This document shows positions 58,823 to 64,000 of a stretch of 64,000 nucleotides of DNA, piece after piece. Numbering within the stretch: the stretch's first letter is position 1; each line of letters opens with the position of its first letter. Made by a program: the position numbers and the translations under genes. The notes beneath the pieces were generated by a model that was not told where the DNA came from, did not search any database, and saw only the letters and a list, made by a program, of their open reading frames with translations. Source of the stretch: Planctomycetota bacterium (lineage in GTDB: Bacteria; Planctomycetota; UBA8108; SXIK01); NCBI GenBank assembly GCA_965223265.1, contig OZ244999.1:8640001-8704000 (forward strand), given 5' to 3'.

Positions 58823-59388
58823 GAGCAGGTTGCGGCGCCGGGAACCGTGACGATTCCGGTTGCAGGGCAGGGCACCCGGCAGCGTGTGGTGGCGCACATC
58901 GACATCTTGTTTCAGCGTCCTAGATACAGGTTTTTGATCGGTTCGTCCAAGAACCAGTCTGTCCGCGACAGGCGGTGAGCTCGATTCCAGTGGTCTTCTC
59001 AGTCCGACGCGGTCGATTTGGAGTTATTCGAACCGTTTCGTGGCGGCGATCGGGATTCGACTGTGAAAAATATGTTTGATTTTAGGGTGTTCGTCTGCTA
59101 TGACGCGTTCTCGGTTTTGAGTCACGGTTGGCTTCTGCCGTCTCCGGGTGGGCGTCGTTAACTTTATCGGCGTCAATACCTTACGGGTTAGCGTAGTTTG
59201 GCGAAGTGACCGGTGGCGCCTTTGTAGTTGAAAACAATCTGCAGACTGTCGTGTCTTTCGACGTCGTCCGCCCAGGGCGACAGCGACAGACTGAAGGTGG
59301 ACGGCGGCTCTTTTCGTAACTCGCCTAAAACGTTGGCGTTACGATTTAAGCGGCGGTTCTTAGATCAACCTACCCGATCCCTACATTA

Positions 59389-59477
59389 CCCTCGCGGTAG
59401 GTCCCTCCTTTTTCCTCGTTTATTTCAGACCCAAACATACTCCTCATCGAGTAGGGACGGTGAGGGGATTTTTTTTT
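59389..59477 (+). terminator. Large-loop stem followed by T9 (terminator-like, possibly switchable)
   Basis: CCCTCGC/GTGAGGG and GTCCCT/AGGGAC pairings followed by nine T (59469-59477). Confidence 0.45.
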
Positions 59478-59679
59478 CCCGATGGGTCGTCGCAAGCCTC
59501 CACGAAGCCTCTTCACCTCCTGCCAGCGGCACGAAGGAGCAAGGGGCTGAGCCCTGGAAGGCCGACTGAGTAGGATATGGGGAGCGTTGTTCCCGTGCCG
59601 CCGCGTCCCAGTGCTGGGGTGAGCGACCGAGAGCGTTCCTGGCCGCGCGACTTCGAATTGCCGCGTCGCCTTGGTTACC

Positions 59680-59788
59680 CAACCCGCTGAAAAAGTCATT
59701 CGGCCGAAAAACTGGCCTCTTCACTTGCCGCGGCCGATCTGGACGCGAAGAGACCAGTTTTCGGCTCGAAGCACTTTTCAACAGGCTG
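59680..59788 (+). mobile_element. MITE-like hairpin element, copy E
   Basis: CAACCCGCTGAAAAAGTCATTCGGCCGAAAAACTGGCCTCTTC...GAAGAGACCAGTTTTCGGCTCGAAGCACTTTTCAACAGGCTG, an almost end-to-end inverted repeat. Confidence 0.65.
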
Positions 59789-59812
59789 TTTACGGCCGTG
59801 CAAGGACCCGCC

Positions 59813-61375
59813 ATGCGCCTGGTTGATCTGAGGAAGGCCCTCGTCGAACCCGCTGAGTCTTCAAGCGGCGTCAAAAAGTGGGCGCTCGGAGTTTGTCGGG
59901 TCCTCTACTTCACTGTCCAGCGTCTTGGGCACGATCGCTGTCTTGAGCGCGCCGCGACCCTCTCGTTCGTGACGATCCTGTCGCTCATCCCGTTGTCGAT
60001 CCTCTTTTTCAGTTTTGCTGAGCTGCTGTGGGGAGAGCAGATCAAAGAGGTCGTGATCAACTATCTTGTGACGTTCGCGGCGCCTGACTTCAAGGAGCAG
60101 ATCAAGAGCTGGTTGGAGAAGATTTCCACCCAGGCGTTCCAGGGCGTATCGAACCTCGTCAATCTGCTCGCGACGGTCAGCCTATTGCCGGCGGCGGTGG
60201 CGATTCTGACCACCGCCGAACGCAGCTTCAACTACATCTGGAAAGTCACGAGTCGCCGCACCCACGTGCAGCGGTTTGCAACCTTTTGGATCATTCTGAC
60301 AACGAGTCCCTTCCTCCTCATCGCGTCGACGTGGGTCATGGATCTTCTCGTCCCGAAGGGTGGATGGGTTGACCGATACGTCGGCGTGACAGCAGAAGTG
60401 ACAACTGAGACCGTCGTGGATCCCGAGATAGTCTCGGAGAATAGCTCTTCAGCGTCGGTCGACTCCACGGCCCAGCGACCCTCAGCGCCGCCGGTCACAG
60501 CTTCCGAAGAGAAGGCCACCGCGCCAGCTGGCACGGCCACCGAGAGTGCCTCCGCGGCGCAGCCTGAGCAGATCACCTTCTTCGGACGGCTGCTGCGCGC
60601 GCTGCTCCGATTCATCTACCGCTTCGTGGTGCCGGTCTCGATCGGATTCATCGCTTTCACCGTCCTCTACATCTTTTTGCCGTCTGCGAGCGTACGTCTG
60701 ACCAGCGCGGTGCTCGGCGGTTTCGTTGCTTGCGCTTTGTGGGAAATCGTCAAGCGCAGCTTCTTTCTGTACTTCGAGCGCACCAACACTCTCTACGGCC
60801 AGCTCGCAATCGTGCCGCTGTTTCTCATCTGGCTCTACGTCAACTGGCTGATCGTCCTGATCGGCTGTGAGATCACGTACGTGCACCAACACCTTCAGGA
60901 CGTCGTCAACAAGAGCCGCCTGAGCGAGCAAAGCGCGCCGCCCTCGTTTCTCGTCGGCCTAGCGCTGCTCGAGGGGCTTGCGCGTCACTTTGAGCGTGGC
61001 GAGCAAGCGCCGCGATTGGCCGAGCTGCGCTGCGCTGCCCCTTTCGGCGTCGAGGCTCTCCACGACGTCGCCGAGCGCCTCGTCAGCGCTGGAGTGCTCG
61101 AGCGCAGCGCTGCCGACGACACGCGCTATGTGTTGGCGCTTGCGCCACAACACCTATGTCTCGAGCGCATCCTCGACGAGCTCTCCACGCCGGGAGAGTT
61201 GGGGCGGTGGCATACGGAAGGCCAGCCTCTAGAGCTTGCGGCCGGATCCGAGGGCGCCCCACCCGCGCCGCTGGCTTTGAGTCTTCTGCAGCGCGCGGGT
61301 ACGGCCTATCGTGACGTCCTCTCAGGGTTGAGCGTCGCGGACCTCGCCAGCGGCAACGGTGCGAAGTCGAGTTGA
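59813..61375 (+). CDS. YihY/BrkB-family membrane protein with a C-terminal wHTH-like domain
   Basis: AATLSFVTILSLIP, AERSFNYIW, LYGQLAIVPLFLIWLYVNWLIVLIGCEI; C-terminal DVAERLVSAGVL...YVLA. Confidence 0.88.
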   Translation: MRLVDLRKALVEPAESSSGVKKWALGVCRVLYFTVQRLGHDRCLERAATLSFVTILSLIPLSILFFSFAELLWGEQIKEVVINYLVTFAAPDFKEQIKSWLEKISTQAFQGVSNLVNLLATVSLLPAAVAILTTAERSFNYIWKVTSRRTHVQRFATFWIILTTSPFLLIASTWVMDLLVPKGGWVDRYVGVTAEVTTETVVDPEIVSENSSSASVDSTAQRPSAPPVTASEEKATAPAGTATESASAAQPEQITFFGRLLRALLRFIYRFVVPVSIGFIAFTVLYIFLPSASVRLTSAVLGGFVACALWEIVKRSFFLYFERTNTLYGQLAIVPLFLIWLYVNWLIVLIGCEITYVHQHLQDVVNKSRLSEQSAPPSFLVGLALLEGLARHFERGEQAPRLAELRCAAPFGVEALHDVAERLVSAGVLERSAADDTRYVLALAPQHLCLERILDELSTPGELGRWHTEGQPLELAAGSEGAPPAPLALSLLQRAGTAYRDVLSGLSVADLASGNGAKSS

Positions 61376-61399
61376 CAGCGTTGCCTAACAGCTTATAAT
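61372..61399 (+). promoter_or_regulatory. Consensus sigma70 promoter
   Basis: TTGACA (61372-61377), 16-bp spacer, TATAAT (61394-61399); the -35 box overlaps the yihY stop codon. Confidence 0.75.
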
Positions 61400-61737
61400 T
61401 CCCACTCTTAGCGGCCGGATAGCGGCGTCTGGAGGCGCCGGAATCTTCGTTTGGGTCTTCCTGAGATGCCGCGGAGGCCGCCATGAGCACGGTTGCTTGC
61501 AGGGCGGGTTGCTCGCGACCGCCTCGACAATTGCAGCAAAGAACGAACTGGGGAGTGTGCGGTCGCCAAGTTATCATGCTGGTCGAAGGATCTTTTGCAA
61601 TTACGCTGGTGACAGTGAAGGGAATTCCCGAGCGGGTCGCACCTAACGCGTAGCCTGCTTCGACCTGGCCGGCGCCGCGTTCACGAGGAGTACCCGCGGC
61701 TGGCCGATGCAGTCTCGACTCGAAAGCGCGGTGAACT

Positions 61738-64000
61738 ATGGAGGAGCGGACGGAAGTACCTCTGGAGACGACGCGGCGTTCGCCGTTCGCCACCAGTTTT
61801 CAGTTCCGCGAGGATGAGCGGGCGGGATTGACGGCGCTTTTCGAGCGCGTCTTTTTTGATCGAGCGTTCAGCGCCGCAGCTAAAGAGGCCCTCTTGCGCA
61901 CGCAGTACGTTGCGGCGGGTGCCCAGCGTGCAGCTGACGCTGACTCCAGCGCCGACGAGGCCGCGGCCTTGCCCGCTGCCGTCGTGCCGTCGGAATTCGC
62001 TGACCATCGCCGGTATGTCTTTCTTTACCGCGGCCCAAACGGGATCGGTAAGACGCGGATCTTTCGACAGTTCGTTGACAGTGCGCAAACGAAAGAGCTG
62101 CCTGTTTACGAAGTCTTTACTCACGACGTTGAGGGAATCCCGTTCAAGCCGTTCTTGCACGCCATCCGTGCGATTTTGCGGGACCACGATCGCGGCCAAG
62201 CGCTGCAGGAGAAGTACCGCTTCGCGCTCGAAGGGTTCATTCCAGAGCTCTTTCCGGACGAACAGGGTGAGGAGCTGGATCCCATTACGCGCGAGCGCCT
62301 TGACGCCGAGAAGGTTCGCCTCTACGACGGGATCACGCAGCTGCTTCTCGAAGTCTCGACGCGTCGACCACTCTTGCTCCTCGTTCACGATCTGCACTGG
62401 AGCGATGTTCCGACGATCGAACTCCTCAGCTACATCGGCCGCAATTTGCGACTCAGAAACGACGTCGGCGGCGGTGCTGATGTGGATGTGACCTTTTCGC
62501 AGGCGGCGGACCTGTCGACATTCGAGGGTGACGAGGAGGAATGGCGTGGGCTAACCCCGAGTCAGCCGCAATCAGGCGACCACTTGAGCAACCTCCTGCA
62601 GCTTTCTCAGGCGCGCCAGCGTCAAGACACTCGACCGCCGGCGCGTGTCATGATCCTTGCGAGTTACCGCGCGTCGCCCGATCCCGATCACTATCTCGAT
62701 CAGGCGATCAATCGGTTGGGTGCCAGCGATTTTGCCTACCACGGCGACCTGCGCCCGCTCCGAGAGACCGAGGCGGCCGCCTTTGTGGCGCGCGCGGTCG
62801 AAGGCGTCAACCTCAACGGTCGTTCTATCGAGGTCTCTCCGGAGGCGGTCGAAGCAATGTACGAGGCGTCCGAGGGGTTTCCTAGTTTTCTGCATGAGCT
62901 ACTGAACGCGCTCTACCTGAGCGAGCGTGATCCCGTCGAGAATGGCGGCGTGGTTCGCTGGAGTGGCGAGACGGTTTTGGAGCTGCTTGGCGCCGCGAAC
63001 TCCGGCAATGCCCCGCCGCCGTCGACGGAGTCCCGCGAGACGCAGACGGAGAGTACCGGCCTGGCACGTCGCTGCGACGTTTTGAAGCTGCGCCTCCGCG
63101 GCGCTTCTACTGAGGAGATGTTGGTGCTCAAGGTGCTCGCGACAGCACGGCGGCCTTTGACCGCAGAAGTCGTCGCCGGCGTCTTGACAGGCGCGCTGCT
63201 CGACGACGCGCAAGCCTTCGATCCGAGCGACACTCCGGAGCTTCTCGAACATTTGGCGCGACGCGGTCTCATCGAACGGCATCTCGGAAACCATGGAGCG
63301 AGCGGCACACGGGGAACCACCGCGCGGACGCTTGACGTCGCTGCTTCTCCCGACGTCTCAGACGCGAGTTACTTCTTCCACCTGTGGGATTACGTTGATG
63401 TCGTCGCCGAGATGATTAGCGACGAGGAGCGGCGGATCCTCCATCAACGCATCGGAGAGCAGTGCCGAGACACGCTGGAGCAGCAGAGCGCCGAGTCGAC
63501 ATTCGAGGTCTTCTACCACCTTTACCGCGGCGTTGATCCACGGGCGTCGGCGGGGTATGGACTTTCGGCCGCGCGCTGGTTCCTACGTTCTCTGTCACTC
63601 GAAAAGGCACGTGAGATCTACGAAGACCTCCTTGGTCTCATCACGGCCGACGACGACATCGAAGAGCGTGTCGCGATTGTCGAGCGCCAGGCGCGGATCA
63701 GCCTAGCGCTTAACGACGTTGAGCACGCGGAAAAGCTACTGCGGCGCGTGGCGGAAGAGGGCGGTGGCCGTCTCGCACCGGAGCGGAGTCTCGAACTCCT
63801 CCTGCTGGAGGCCGAGGCGGCGGGCCGGCGCGATCCAGCCAAGGGAATCAAGGTACTCGGCAAGTCGTCGCGACTCCTCAAGAACGAGAACAGCCGACTT
63901 GGTGTGCGAACGCAGCTCCTCCTCGCGCGGCTGCGCCTGTGGCGACAGGACATTAAGCGCGCGATCAACCTCTGCCTCAAGGGGCGCGATCTCTGCATCA
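61738..64000 (+). CDS. STAND/AAA_16-type P-loop ATPase with a TPR-like helical region, 3'-partial (absent from the ORF track)
   Basis: Translated by hand from ATG 61738: Walker A YRGPNGIGKT, Walker B region LLLLVHDLHWSD, MILASYR, GxP motif SEGFPSFLHEL. I saw no stop in this frame before the window end. Confidence 0.88.
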   Translation, partial: MEERTEVPLETTRRSPFATSFQFREDERAGLTALFERVFFDRAFSAAAKEALLRTQYVAAGAQRAADADSSADEAAALPAAVVPSEFADHRRYVFLYRGPNGIGKTRIFRQFVDSAQTKELPVYEVFTHDVEGIPFKPFLHAIRAILRDHDRGQALQEKYRFALEGFIPELFPDEQGEELDPITRERLDAEKVRLYDGITQLLLEVSTRRPLLLLVHDLHWSDVPTIELLSYIGRNLRLRNDVGGGADVDVTFSQAADLSTFEGDEEEWRGLTPSQPQSGDHLSNLLQLSQARQRQDTRPPARVMILASYRASPDPDHYLDQAINRLGASDFAYHGDLRPLRETEAAAFVARAVEGVNLNGRSIEVSPEAVEAMYEASEGFPSFLHELLNALYLSERDPVENGGVVRWSGETVLELLGAANSGNAPPPSTESRETQTESTGLARRCDVLKLRLRGASTEEMLVLKVLATARRPLTAEVVAGVLTGALLDDAQAFDPSDTPELLEHLARRGLIERHLGNHGASGTRGTTARTLDVAASPDVSDASYFFHLWDYVDVVAEMISDEERRILHQRIGEQCRDTLEQQSAESTFEVFYHLYRGVDPRASAGYGLSAARWFLRSLSLEKAREIYEDLLGLITADDDIEERVAIVERQARISLALNDVEHAEKLLRRVAEEGGGRLAPERSLELLLLEAEAAGRRDPAKGIKVLGKSSRLLKNENSRLGVRTQLLLARLRLWRQDIKRAINLCLKGRDLCI

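Noticed and set aside
58921-58945. Possible autoregulatory ECF promoter GAACC...TCTA on the - strand
   Set aside because: The spacing is about 2 bp shorter than in typical sigmaE-type promoters, so it cannot be supported.
61856-63998. Short ORFs listed in the track for the last 2 kb
   Set aside because: Superseded by the single open + frame from 61738 that carries STAND ATPase motifs.

Overview
GC-rich bacterial chromosomal window, most likely from a Planctomycetota genome. The basis is a DUF1549/DUF1553 + DUF1501 gene pair, Tat-exported sugar enzymes, several proteins with a Cys-containing dockerin-like module, and an ECF sigma factor with a very long C-terminal extension. I recognised no rRNA, tRNA, CRISPR array or transposase. 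1-24 kb: mostly secreted or envelope proteins, plus cstA and mog. 25-38 kb: a TMTC-like GT-C + GT2 pair, an exported MsrB and a sugar oxidoreductase/epimerase/aldolase cluster. 45-64 kb: housekeeping and regulatory genes (trmB, ispH, a nucleotide-sugar dehydrogenase, plsC-like, rsmD, rluD-like, ECF sigma/anti-sigma, yihY) and a STAND ATPase that runs off the right edge and is missing from the ORF track. Main observations: (1) a 1337-aa ECF sigma factor fused through a TM segment to a repetitive exported domain ending in a dockerin-like tag, with an in-frame internal Shine-Dalgarno + ATG + signal peptide, so one gene may give two products; (2) four unrelated exported proteins, including that sigma factor and a CotH-type kinase, share the dockerin-like tag; (3) two intergenic hexamer-repeat elements with the same two-part layout; (4) a family of MITE-like hairpin elements; (5) several candidate structured RNAs, including a hairpin that hides the cstA ribosome-binding site. 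All domain calls are by-eye motif recognition; no searches or folding programs were run.
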